Virus record (IMG/VR): IMGVR_UViG_3300014913_001094
Span: 27,454 to 91,453 of that record
Direction: 5' to 3' (one strand)
DNA from: a virus
Length of the DNA stretch: 64,000 nt
A model generated the notes under the pieces. It had not been told where the DNA came from, ran no database searches, and saw only the letters and a program-made list of their open reading frames with translations. Position numbers and translations under genes: made by a program. This document shows positions 18,791-28,280 of this stretch, in pieces; positions within the stretch are counted from its first letter, which is position 1, and each line of letters begins with the position of its first letter.

Positions 18791-19775
18791 TCCAGGAAGA
18801 GGAAAGATGACAGCTTTAGGAATAACATGCTGGTCAGCGACAAAGGCTAATTTTGAAATAATGAAAGAACTTGGTTGCACTGAGTTTTACTCTGTAGTAG
18901 AGTGGTGTAATCATCATAAGTCTCCTGATCATTATTACTGGAGTCAGTTAGATAAAGAATTTGCTCTTGAAGAACAATATGGAATTAAGAGCATAAGAGT
19001 AATAATGCACACACCATTGTGGGCATCAGGAGTTGATCGTACAGATTGTAAGTTTAGACCTAGATCTTATCCGCCAAGAACGTTAGAATATTATGGTCGT
19101 TTTTGTGCTGCTCTTGTAAGAAGATATCCAGATAGAGAATGGATACTTTGGGGTGAGCCAGATAACTCTTGGCCACGAGAAGACGCGAAAATTATACAGT
19201 GGGCAGGTGATGCTGAAACATATGCTAAAATGGCAAAGTATGCATATGTGGAAATGAAGAAAGCTGATTCTAAATGTGTTGTGGGACTTGGAAGTCTTGT
19301 TGGAGCAACGCTGAATGGAACTTATCGAACAGTAGTAGAGAATAATAAGCCTCTCAATAAGCTACCGTTTTTTGAAAAGTTGTTAGAATTAGATATGGGC
19401 AATTATTGTGATTTCATTCCCCTTGATCTCTATTGCTGGGGTTACGGAGGATCAAGAAACTTTTTAGCAGGAATTCGAAAAATAAAGGGAATAATGGCTG
19501 ACTTTAATGTAAAGAAGCCACTATATATAATGGAGTGTGGTGCCAAGATAACTCCTCCAGGAGGAAAGATGAGAGAGGAATTTCATCACGAGGTAGTGAA
19601 TGAAGAAACTCAGGCTGGTTTCTTACTACGCGCCTACAAGTGGTCCCAAGAGAACAAAATTGACAAATTGTTCTGGCATACCTTAAAGGATAGTAATTGG
19701 GGAGTCATTAATCGCTTGGGTAGACCACATCTGAGTTACCATGTATTTAAAGCCATGAAAGCGGGTTCGTTTTGA
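18777..19775 (+). CDS. Clan GH-A glycoside hydrolase (GH39/GH5-like)
   Basis: YYWSQLD, TPLWAS, WILWGEPD (acid/base), KPLYIMECG (nucleophile), EETQA, LFW, WG; the start may be ATG 18807. Confidence 0.8.
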   Translation: MDLVSPGRGKMTALGITCWSATKANFEIMKELGCTEFYSVVEWCNHHKSPDHYYWSQLDKEFALEEQYGIKSIRVIMHTPLWASGVDRTDCKFRPRSYPPRTLEYYGRFCAALVRRYPDREWILWGEPDNSWPREDAKIIQWAGDAETYAKMAKYAYVEMKKADSKCVVGLGSLVGATLNGTYRTVVENNKPLNKLPFFEKLLELDMGNYCDFIPLDLYCWGYGGSRNFLAGIRKIKGIMADFNVKKPLYIMECGAKITPPGGKMREEFHHEVVNEETQAGFLLRAYKWSQENKIDKLFWHTLKDSNWGVINRLGRPHLSYHVFKAMKAGSF

Positions 19776-20656
19776 GAGCACAGAGTATTTCGAGTTTGAT
19801 TATGTTCATCGTTACAATTACTTTCTGCATAAGCGCTACAGAGGTGCCTATAGCTGAGTCACAAGATAGAGGTGCTCCAATTATTGTTCAAGTTGGGCAA
19901 ACAGAGCAAGAAGAGATTACACAAAAGCAGGAAGAAATGCTCTTTCCGACTGTTCGTCTTGCTGTAACTCATAAGTCTGGAGGAGTCACAATACATGGAG
20001 CTGGAAGCGGATCTGTAGTGTCTTCAAAGTTTCTAGGGGTTGAAAAAACAGAGTCTGGAGAAAGAGATATTTATGAAAATTTCATAATCACAGCCCACCA
20101 TGTTGCTGTAAGTCCTTTTAAAAAGAAGAGTGAGTCAGAAATTGTAGTAAGTGTATTTTGCGATGAACCGCTATTGTCTATGAAAGTTTGTGGAAAAGTT
20201 GTTTATGGAGACAAGCTAGCAGATTTTGCAATTGTACGTCTTGATTATGACGGTCCTCTGTTTGTTGCTAAAGTATTGCCTTCTGAGTTTACTCCAAGAG
20301 CTTTTCAAACAAGCTACACATTGGGATGTCCTCTTGGAATATCAGTACCTTTGCCCATTGAAGGTATTATTAGATTGCCTGAAGCAAATAGGAAAGATGT
20401 GCAAATGGGGGTCACAAGTGCAGGAGCTCTGCCAGGAAATAGTGGTGGTGGAGTTTATGTTAAATTTAATAATACATATTATCTTGTTGGAGTTATCTCT
20501 TTTATTTCAGTAAACAATGAGATTGTGATTGGTGGTCCTTGTGGATTTCATCTAAGTGTTGATGTAGGAGTCCCTGAGTTAGCATGGTATGTAACAATTT
20601 CACATATAGAAGAAATCCTTCTTAATGAAACTTATGAAGAGTATTTAGGGAGATAA
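19772..20656 (+). CDS. Second trypsin-like serine protease with signal peptide
   Basis: GSGSVV, ITAHHV, DFAIV, GCPLG, PGNSGGG; hydrophobic N-terminus; TTG start overlaps the upstream stop. Confidence 0.85.
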   Translation: MRAQSISSLIMFIVTITFCISATEVPIAESQDRGAPIIVQVGQTEQEEITQKQEEMLFPTVRLAVTHKSGGVTIHGAGSGSVVSSKFLGVEKTESGERDIYENFIITAHHVAVSPFKKKSESEIVVSVFCDEPLLSMKVCGKVVYGDKLADFAIVRLDYDGPLFVAKVLPSEFTPRAFQTSYTLGCPLGISVPLPIEGIIRLPEANRKDVQMGVTSAGALPGNSGGGVYVKFNNTYYLVGVISFISVNNEIVIGGPCGFHLSVDVGVPELAWYVTISHIEEILLNETYEEYLGR

Positions 20657-20657
20657 A

Positions 20658-21170
20658 GTGTCAATATTAACTAATGTAATTCATTTTCGTGGAGAGACTG
20701 TTACTCTCTATGCTACCTTTAAGCAAGCTACTTCTGTTCCTGAGTCGACTGGAATTTTGACAATTCAACCGACTGTAAGGATAGAATATGTAAATTCTCT
20801 TGGAAATGTAATTACAACGTTACCTGACACTCAAATGTCTCTTATATCAAAAGAGAGATTCTTTTACAATTGGTTGATACCAGATTCAGCTCCAATTACT
20901 GCATATATAGTAACTTATACTGGAATCATTGATGAAATTGAAGCATCGAGAACAGAAGAGCTTGTAGTAGGTAATCCCAATATCACTACAAAGAATCGTT
21001 GTATGCTTAGATATGGCCCAGGAAGCGTTTTGTTGCGTCCTCGTGATTTTTCTGTTCGACCACACCCTGCACAACCAAGAATAGTGCCAATACCAGCGAG
21101 AACAAATAAAAAATTCTGTGGAACTTGTCCGCCACAACAAACAATAGTTCCGCCTCCACCTGGATCTTAG
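20658..21170 (+). CDS. Ig-like beta-sandwich protein (paralog family)
   Basis: RGETV, TQMS..FFYNWLIP..Y.GIID shared with 21179 and 23636. Confidence 0.65.
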   Translation: MSILTNVIHFRGETVTLYATFKQATSVPESTGILTIQPTVRIEYVNSLGNVITTLPDTQMSLISKERFFYNWLIPDSAPITAYIVTYTGIIDEIEASRTEELVVGNPNITTKNRCMLRYGPGSVLLRPRDFSVRPHPAQPRIVPIPARTNKKFCGTCPPQQTIVPPPPGS

Positions 21171-21178
21171 GAGACCTA

Positions 21179-21544
21179 ATGACAGAACAAATTTTTAGAC
21201 AGGGTACAACAGAAAGAATCACCACTGCCTTTATAACCTATAGTGGTGTAGTAATTCCTCAACCTGTTGGTCTTCCTACGGTTGAGATTATTTTTATAAA
21301 TGACAATTTAAAGCCTGAGTCAGCAATAGCGAGAATGGTAATGACAGAATATGATGTAGGAAGATATTTTTATGATTGGAATATTCCTATAGATCAACCT
21401 ACTACTGAACATCAAATTATATATAAAGGAATCATCGATGGCAGGAAAGTAATAGGAGAAGATACTGTTACAATATTACCAATAATAGTAGATTGTCCAG
21501 TTACACCTGTAAACCTTGATAATAATCAGGGATGTGGATGTTAA
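21179..21544 (+). CDS. Ig-like beta-sandwich protein (paralog family)
   Basis: ATG 21179 follows AGGAG; MTEYDVGRYFYDWNIP..YKGIID; ends GCGC. Confidence 0.65.
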   Translation: MTEQIFRQGTTERITTAFITYSGVVIPQPVGLPTVEIIFINDNLKPESAIARMVMTEYDVGRYFYDWNIPIDQPTTEHQIIYKGIIDGRKVIGEDTVTILPIIVDCPVTPVNLDNNQGCGC

Positions 21545-21557
21545 ATAAGGAGAGAAT

Positions 21558-23609
21558 ATGGTAGACTATAACGATACACCACAATCTGGTGGTCCTTTAG
21601 AATCGTCATCGCTTCGTGATAATTTTCAGATTTTGAGAAACGCAACTGGATTATATGCATCAGAAACAGATCTTTTAAGTTTAGCTGTGAATGTACATGA
21701 AGGGTACTATCAAACTAATTATGTCAATAGTATTTTTCTTTCTGAACAAGATAGTCCTGCTTTAGCAGCTAATCATGTAAGTGGCGACGGTGGTGTTCTT
21801 GGTCAACAAAGAATTGCTACACTTACAGTTGAAGCAATAGGAAGTTTCCCTTCAATAGTAAGCACTTTGAGCTGGGTTGTAGGAAGCTGGGAAACACCTC
21901 CTACTACTCCTAACCCTCCTCCTATTTTTCCTAATCGTATTCCAATTTGCAATGTTTTGATTACATTCGATATGACAGAGGTAACAAACGACCTCATCAC
22001 CGACACTCGTCCTTTAATAAGTCTTGGTGGAGATGGTCCTACAGGTATCACAGGGACACAAGGAATAACAGGTCTTCAAGGTATCCAAGGTGCAACTGGG
22101 AGTCTAGGTATTCAAGGAGACACAGGTGCTTTAGGAAATACAGGAGTCCAAGGTATCCAAGGTGACCAAGGAGATACAGGAGTCCAAGGACTACAAGGTG
22201 ACACAGGTACTCAAGGTACAATTGGAAGTGCAGGAATCCAAGGCGACACTGGAATCCAAGGCGACACGGGTATCCAAGGTGACACGGGTCCTATAGGAGC
22301 GACAACTCTTCAAGCAGCTTATGATGGTGGAAATACGATTATTCCAACTGGTCTTGGTCTTGGTGGGGATGAAGTAGAGATATTCCCAACTCCTGGCACA
22401 GGAGGAATCAGAATGGTATCTTCTGGAGGTAGTTTTCCTTCTCTCCTTATTCAACATATGACTAATGGACCAGCGAACCCAAGCGGACAACCGATCCGCA
22501 TAGAAACAGGAACTGTTGGTAATGGAGATAGTACAACAGGAACGGCTCTACGCATAGTTGCAGATAGTTCTTTTTCAAGTGGGAATGGAACCTCTGGCTT
22601 ACATATATCTACTGGGCATTCAAATTCTGGTAGAGCAGTGTTCATTGATAGTAGAGGGACATCGGCAAATGCAATAGGTCTTCGAATCGACAGAATAGAT
22701 GCCTCTAGCGTAGGAGCCCTAGGCTCCCTCATGGCTGTTACAAATTCTGCCTCTGGTCGTTTGATGGTTATATCAGATAGATTGTCAACGAGTACTGCTG
22801 ATACAATATTATTTGATCACAGGACTCAAGGCATCGTTCTCAATATTGATTCAACAAATACAGCAAATGCAGCTAATATTGTTGATATCACAAATAGTGG
22901 TACTGGTGATAGTGTTGAAATTAATCAAGTTGGTGCTGGTGCAGCTCTTGATATAAATTATACCAATACTGGTTCAAGTAATGTAATTGATATTGTTAGT
23001 TCAAGCACTGGTGATGTTATTGCTATTGTTAAGAACGATACTGGTGTTGGAAGTCCAATTGATATTATTAACAAAGGTTCAGCCGCATCAATCAGGATTA
23101 TTGATGAAGGTACCGGAACAATGCTCGACCTGACCCAAAGTGGGTCAGGTATAGCGATGCTACTAAATAAATCACACACTGGTAGCGACACTTGTCTTGA
23201 CATCAACAATAGTGGTACAGGTACTGCAATATCTATTGCTCAATATGCATCGAGTACAGCAATGTTAATAGAATCGACATCAGCAAGTACAGCAGATTGT
23301 GTTCAAATTAAGAATAGTGGTTCAGGTAGAGGTCTTTACATTTCACAAAGTGCCACAGCAAGTGCAAGTAAAGTGATAGATATTGATAATAGTGGTACAG
23401 GAATTGGTATTAATCTCAATCAATCAACAACTACAGCCCCTGCCTTTGTAATGGGTGGTGCTGCTGATAGGTTTGAATTGACAAATTCTAAAACACCATT
23501 GAATGCTTCAGATACAGGTACAGTAGGAACTATATGTTGGGATGCAAGTTATGTTTATGTTTGCACAGCAACGAATACTTGGAAGAGAACAGCAATAGCA
23601 AGTTGGTAA
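21558..23609 (+). CDS. Fibre protein: attachment domain, short collagen stalk, beta-solenoid and C-terminal tip motif
   Basis: G-X-Y run at about 22035-22300; IDIxNSGTG repeats like 15808; ends TP..ASDTG..G.ICWD..YVYVC.ATNTWKR.A..SW, a recurrent phage fibre motif. Confidence 0.8.
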   Translation: MVDYNDTPQSGGPLESSSLRDNFQILRNATGLYASETDLLSLAVNVHEGYYQTNYVNSIFLSEQDSPALAANHVSGDGGVLGQQRIATLTVEAIGSFPSIVSTLSWVVGSWETPPTTPNPPPIFPNRIPICNVLITFDMTEVTNDLITDTRPLISLGGDGPTGITGTQGITGLQGIQGATGSLGIQGDTGALGNTGVQGIQGDQGDTGVQGLQGDTGTQGTIGSAGIQGDTGIQGDTGIQGDTGPIGATTLQAAYDGGNTIIPTGLGLGGDEVEIFPTPGTGGIRMVSSGGSFPSLLIQHMTNGPANPSGQPIRIETGTVGNGDSTTGTALRIVADSSFSSGNGTSGLHISTGHSNSGRAVFIDSRGTSANAIGLRIDRIDASSVGALGSLMAVTNSASGRLMVISDRLSTSTADTILFDHRTQGIVLNIDSTNTANAANIVDITNSGTGDSVEINQVGAGAALDINYTNTGSSNVIDIVSSSTGDVIAIVKNDTGVGSPIDIINKGSAASIRIIDEGTGTMLDLTQSGSGIAMLLNKSHTGSDTCLDINNSGTGTAISIAQYASSTAMLIESTSASTADCVQIKNSGSGRGLYISQSATASASKVIDIDNSGTGIGINLNQSTTTAPAFVMGGAADRFELTNSKTPLNASDTGTVGTICWDASYVYVCTATNTWKRTAIASW

Positions 23610-23635
23610 AATAGGCTATATACAAAGGATATAAA

Positions 23636-24313
23636 ATGCCAGATCTCAATACAGGTGTACTTCAAGGAGACATCGTACCAATTTATCTAGCAATACGTGC
23701 CTTAACGGGAGAGCTGATTCCTCAGCCACCCGACGCTCCAACAATTGCGATTACTTTCACTGATCCAGAGACTAATATTATTCATACAAGAATAGAGCAG
23801 ACGCAGATGAGTGAAATAATTCCTGGACAGTATTATTACTTATGGCGAATACCACTGAATGAATTTATTGGAGAACATAGACTCTTGCTTCGTGGTGTTA
23901 TAGATAATACTCCACTTGAGGCAACTGATAGTTCTTTTGTTGTTTCTGATCTCTTTCAAGTTGAAGATTTTGAAATAAGGATAAAAGTTACTGAAAGACA
24001 TGAAGTATGTTATCCTGAAGTAACAGACAAGCCTGTAAAATGTAGACGAAGAGGTCCTCTACCAGCTTCTCACATGCAAGAGGCTGACATAGGGCTTGAT
24101 GATAGGGTACTTGAAGGAGCTTTCAGATTTGGTGAATTTCCAAATCAAGTTGTCGACAGGAGAGTGTCTGGAAGATTTGAAATTGGTTATGGCGCCAGAA
24201 GTGGCCTAAACAGTTACATCAACAGTAGAATGCCTGGAGGAGGTCCAGCTCATCGTCTGAGAGGCATCAATGAGGGACAGGTACCACCTCATAAAGGTGG
24301 ATTTAGATATTAA
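23636..24313 (+). CDS. Ig-like beta-sandwich protein (paralog family)
   Basis: QGDIV, TQMSEIIPGQYYYLWRIP..RGVID. Confidence 0.65.
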   Translation: MPDLNTGVLQGDIVPIYLAIRALTGELIPQPPDAPTIAITFTDPETNIIHTRIEQTQMSEIIPGQYYYLWRIPLNEFIGEHRLLLRGVIDNTPLEATDSSFVVSDLFQVEDFEIRIKVTERHEVCYPEVTDKPVKCRRRGPLPASHMQEADIGLDDRVLEGAFRFGEFPNQVVDRRVSGRFEIGYGARSGLNSYINSRMPGGGPAHRLRGINEGQVPPHKGGFRY

Positions 24314-24319
24314 AATAGA

Positions 24320-24350
24320 GTGACAAAATAAATAGCCTTGCATATAAAAG
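24320..24350 (+). promoter_or_regulatory. Putative promoter, class A, overlapping an inverted repeat
   Basis: GTGACAA-N10-CTTGCATATAAAAG; ATAAAAG lies at the same offset as in the 2147 copy. Confidence 0.4.
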
Positions 24351-24365
24351 TGCAAGGCTATTTTT
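24330..24365 (+). terminator. Intrinsic terminator or operator-like inverted repeat
   Basis: Perfect 13-bp stem AAATAGCCTTGCA / TGCAAGGCTATTT, 8-nt loop, T run. Confidence 0.75.
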
Positions 24366-24395
24366 GTAGCTTTTGATATATAAAGAGGAGAAAGA

Positions 24396-27300
24396 ATGAC
24401 TACTGTCAGCATATGTATGATTGTTAAGAATGAGGAAGAGGTCCTTGCACGATGCCTCAAATCTCTCGGTAATTTTCCTGATCAATTAGTTATAGTAGAC
24501 ACAGGTTCAATAGATAGAACAATTGAAATTGCAAAGGAATTTGGAGCTGAAATTCATCACTTCGAATGGATACGAGACTTTGCCAAAGCGCGTAACTATT
24601 CCTTTAGTAAGGCAACTTGCGACTATGTTTTCTGGCTTGATGGCGACGATGAAATTGCACCAGAAGAGCTTGAAAAGCTAATGACTCTCAAATCTAATCT
24701 CACCAAAGATATGTATCTAATGGTTTATGATTACTTCCAAGATGCAGACGGTAATCCTAAATGTGATCTTTGGAGAGAGCGCCTTGTAAAACGAGAGTTG
24801 GGATTGAAGTGGCGCTATCCAATTCACGAATGTATCCCTATGGATCAGCGTCCTCTTGAAACAGAGCAAGTTCCAATTCGAATTACACACAAACGAACAG
24901 AGGCTGGATTTGCTAGCGACCTCAGCCGTAATATAGATATTCTTGAAAATGCTGTAAGAGGCGATTATGCCGACGATCCTCGTGTTAGATATTATTTAGC
25001 TAAAGAGATTCATGACAATAGAGATTTTGAAAGAGCATCAAGAGAGTACACAAAGTTTCTTAATATGAATGCCGGCTGGTATGAAGATAAATTATATGCA
25101 CAATTTAAATTAGCTCAGTGTTATTATGAAATGGGCTGCGACAAACAAAGGCAAGTAGAGAAATTTGAAAAGCAAGCAAGAGAAGCAAAGAATAGTAAGA
25201 AGCGAGAACAAGCAACAAGAGCAGCTAATCGCCGCAAGAAGCAGGTAAGTATACAGCATGATAATGCAAGAAAAGCCGCAAAGCAAGCGATTAAAAGCGA
25301 TTCTCAATTTGCAGAGCCATACTATGTTCTTGGTCAACTTGCAATGGATGAGCAAGATCATGATGAAGCCATCTACTGGTTTGAAAAAGCGTTTAGACCA
25401 TTTCCTAATGTTCTAAGTCCTATTCGAAGAGACTTTTATACATGGATGCCAGCTCTTCAGTTATGTGTATGTCACAGTAACCGTGGTGACTATGAACAAG
25501 CAAGCTATTACAATGAACAAGCTGCCAAGGAAAATCCACAACATTCTTCTATTATTCATAATACGAAATATTTTGCTGAGAAGCTTGAAGAAAAAACGCA
25601 AAGAAAAACTCCAGAAGGAGATATTTCTGTTAAGTTGAATCTTGGTAGTGGAAATAAAAGATACAAAGATTACACGAGTTGTGATCTGTTTCCAGGAGCA
25701 GAAGTAGATGAAGTATTTCCCCTAAATGATATTCCATATGAAGACCAAACCGTAGATGCAATTCATAGTGAACATTCTCTTGAGCATCTTCGTCATGTCG
25801 ACGCAAGGTCAGCCATACAAGAATGGGCACGAGTTTTGAAGCCAGGTGGAGAGTTGCATCTTCAGATTCCAGACCTTGAAGAGTGTTGTAGAAAATATAT
25901 AGAGGCAGTACAAAACGGAGATCGAAGACTACAACAATGGTATATGTATACAATATTCGGTATACAAAAATCACAAGCCGACGAGCCGGATGAAGGTCAA
26001 ATTCATTATACAGGATTTAATTTGGCTGAGATTTTAGACTTACTTAAAGATGCTGACTTCATAATAGATTATTATGGAAAATACGATGGACATAGTACGC
26101 CGTCTCTTGAGATAAGAGCTGTTAAAGCAATCGGTTCAATCAGAATAGGATGGTTGGGTCAAACATGTCTTGAAAGTCCACAGTATAGAATTCGAACACA
26201 CCATATAGATAGATGGCTTCGCAGCAGAGGATATCGTACAGAGATCTCCCAAAAAGATCAAAAGTATGACACTGTGATTGCTGATAACGGTACACCATAT
26301 AGGACAATACAACAATACAAGAAAGAGGGTTCAAGAGTAATTCTCAATTTATGTGAAGACTATGACACAATGCTTTCTAAAGAAGAGATGAAAGTAGAAC
26401 AAAGAAGATATGAGGTTGTAGATCTTATAGTATGTTGCTCTCATGCCCTAGCTGAGAAGTTGAAAAAATATAATACTGTTGTAATAGAAGACGCAGTTGA
26501 AGTCGATTTTAATTTAAACTGCACTTATGAAAACAAAGAACAATTGACAGTTGGTTGGATCGGTATGGGTGGTAATGTCGTTCATGCAGAAAGACTGCGT
26601 CCACTAATTGAAGAGCTAGGATATAAGCTTGTCACAATTCATGAACACGATAATGCAGATGTAAAGTGGGATTTGAACACTTGGCAACAAGAGTTAGCAA
26701 AATGTGATATGGCAATAGCTCCAATTGATCATCATAAGCAACCCAGCAAATCAAATAATAAACTGACAACATATATGGCTCTTGGTCTTCCTACTGTCGT
26801 CAGTCCACTAGATGCATATAAACACGTTGTTGATAATGGTCCTTCTAATTATCCATTTTACATTGCATATAATGATGAAGGATGGAAACATTGTTTGGCT
26901 TGTCTAGGAAATGTTGAGCATCGAAGAGAAATGGGATTTGACGCAAAAGAAAAAGCAAAAGAATATAGCCTTGATGCAATAGGTCAGAAATGGGTAGATG
27001 TCTTAATTGAAACTGACTGGATGAGCGATGAAGATTGGGATAAGTTATCTGTATCATCACTCGAAAGATTATATGAAGACGAAGATAGAGCAGAACAACT
27101 TGTTGATATAATTATTCCTACATATGGTAAAGATGATTATCTTCAAGCATGTATCAATAGCATTAAGACATGTACAACTGACTATCCATATAATATTATA
27201 GTTGTTGATAGCCTAAAGCTGGGACTGAATTTTTCTCAAGCAGTAAATCATGGAATTAGACAATCAACAGCATCGCATGTATGTATTATGAATGACGATG

Positions 27301-28280
27301 TAATAGTATCAAAAGGATGGTTAAAGCCATTGCTTGAAGAGTTAAAAGATGATGTTGGTTTTGCGAACCCATTGAGTAATTGCGACAAGGGATGGTTACA
27401 TAATTATGATCTTAAAGCAGGTGAAGTAAATCTGCTTCCTGGCGTTCATAAGCTAGGCGAGGTTGATCCATATGCAATTTATGATTTTAAATCTCCTTCT
27501 ACAAAAAGATATAAACGAGATTGGCTTCCTTTATACTGCACTTTAGCAACAAAAGAAGCTATTGAAAAAATAGGATATCTCGATGAAGAGTTTGAAACAG
27601 GAAGTGAAGATTTAGATTATTGTAAGAGAGCAGAAAAGCTTGGAATAAAATGTGCAGTAGCAGAAGATTCGTTTGTGTTTCATTTTGGAGGAGTGAGTCG
27701 CAAAGCACATGAAATGGAAGATCGTAGTGTTCATCAAGAAGAAGACACAAAGAATCAGAACAGAATTGGATTTAAATACAATCGTCCGCTCGTTGTAATC
27801 CAGTCAGGATTAGCCTATGAGGACTGGGATGCGAATACGTTAAGAGAAAAGGGTTGTGGTGGTAGTGAACTAGCTGCTTGTATGATGGCAGAAAATTTTG
27901 CTAAGCAGGGATACAGAGCGGTAGTATTTGCTCAAACAGGAAAACCGAAGCAGGTAATTAATCAAGTAGAGTGGTACGATCAAAGTGAGTGGTTGAATTT
28001 CATCGACATGAATCATATTAGTATCTGCGTTGTTTCGCGCTATGCAAACTATCTTGAAGATTCAATAAGAGCAGATCAGCTATGGCTCTGGACGCATGAT
28101 ATTTTTGCGATGTGTAGTAAGGTTGGAGATGTCGACTTAGTTCAAAAGAATTACGATAAGCTGACAGGAATTTTTGTATTATCCAAATGGCATGCCTGCT
28201 TTATGGCTGATTACCATGGGATATCAACAGAAAAGACATGGGTTACAGGAAATGGTATAAATTTGAAGGGAAGTGAATAA
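24396..28280 (+). CDS. Multidomain glycosyltransferase: GT2 - TPR - SAM methyltransferase - GT4-like - GT2 - N-terminal half of GT4
   Basis: SICMIVKNEE..VDTGS.D..DFAKARN..WLDGDD..IHE; TPR helices; KLNLGSG..HSLEH..RVLKPGG; KSNNKLTTYMALGLP; IIIPT..MNDDV..EDLDYC; GCGGSE..LWTHD..LSKWH..NGI. Confidence 0.9.
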   Translation: MTTVSICMIVKNEEEVLARCLKSLGNFPDQLVIVDTGSIDRTIEIAKEFGAEIHHFEWIRDFAKARNYSFSKATCDYVFWLDGDDEIAPEELEKLMTLKSNLTKDMYLMVYDYFQDADGNPKCDLWRERLVKRELGLKWRYPIHECIPMDQRPLETEQVPIRITHKRTEAGFASDLSRNIDILENAVRGDYADDPRVRYYLAKEIHDNRDFERASREYTKFLNMNAGWYEDKLYAQFKLAQCYYEMGCDKQRQVEKFEKQAREAKNSKKREQATRAANRRKKQVSIQHDNARKAAKQAIKSDSQFAEPYYVLGQLAMDEQDHDEAIYWFEKAFRPFPNVLSPIRRDFYTWMPALQLCVCHSNRGDYEQASYYNEQAAKENPQHSSIIHNTKYFAEKLEEKTQRKTPEGDISVKLNLGSGNKRYKDYTSCDLFPGAEVDEVFPLNDIPYEDQTVDAIHSEHSLEHLRHVDARSAIQEWARVLKPGGELHLQIPDLEECCRKYIEAVQNGDRRLQQWYMYTIFGIQKSQADEPDEGQIHYTGFNLAEILDLLKDADFIIDYYGKYDGHSTPSLEIRAVKAIGSIRIGWLGQTCLESPQYRIRTHHIDRWLRSRGYRTEISQKDQKYDTVIADNGTPYRTIQQYKKEGSRVILNLCEDYDTMLSKEEMKVEQRRYEVVDLIVCCSHALAEKLKKYNTVVIEDAVEVDFNLNCTYENKEQLTVGWIGMGGNVVHAERLRPLIEELGYKLVTIHEHDNADVKWDLNTWQQELAKCDMAIAPIDHHKQPSKSNNKLTTYMALGLPTVVSPLDAYKHVVDNGPSNYPFYIAYNDEGWKHCLACLGNVEHRREMGFDAKEKAKEYSLDAIGQKWVDVLIETDWMSDEDWDKLSVSSLERLYEDEDRAEQLVDIIIPTYGKDDYLQACINSIKTCTTDYPYNIIVVDSLKLGLNFSQAVNHGIRQSTASHVCIMNDDVIVSKGWLKPLLEELKDDVGFANPLSNCDKGWLHNYDLKAGEVNLLPGVHKLGEVDPYAIYDFKSPSTKRYKRDWLPLYCTLATKEAIEKIGYLDEEFETGSEDLDYCKRAEKLGIKCAVAEDSFVFHFGGVSRKAHEMEDRSVHQEEDTKNQNRIGFKYNRPLVVIQSGLAYEDWDANTLREKGCGGSELAACMMAENFAKQGYRAVVFAQTGKPKQVINQVEWYDQSEWLNFIDMNHISICVVSRYANYLEDSIRADQLWLWTHDIFAMCSKVGDVDLVQKNYDKLTGIFVLSKWHACFMADYHGISTEKTWVTGNGINLKGSE

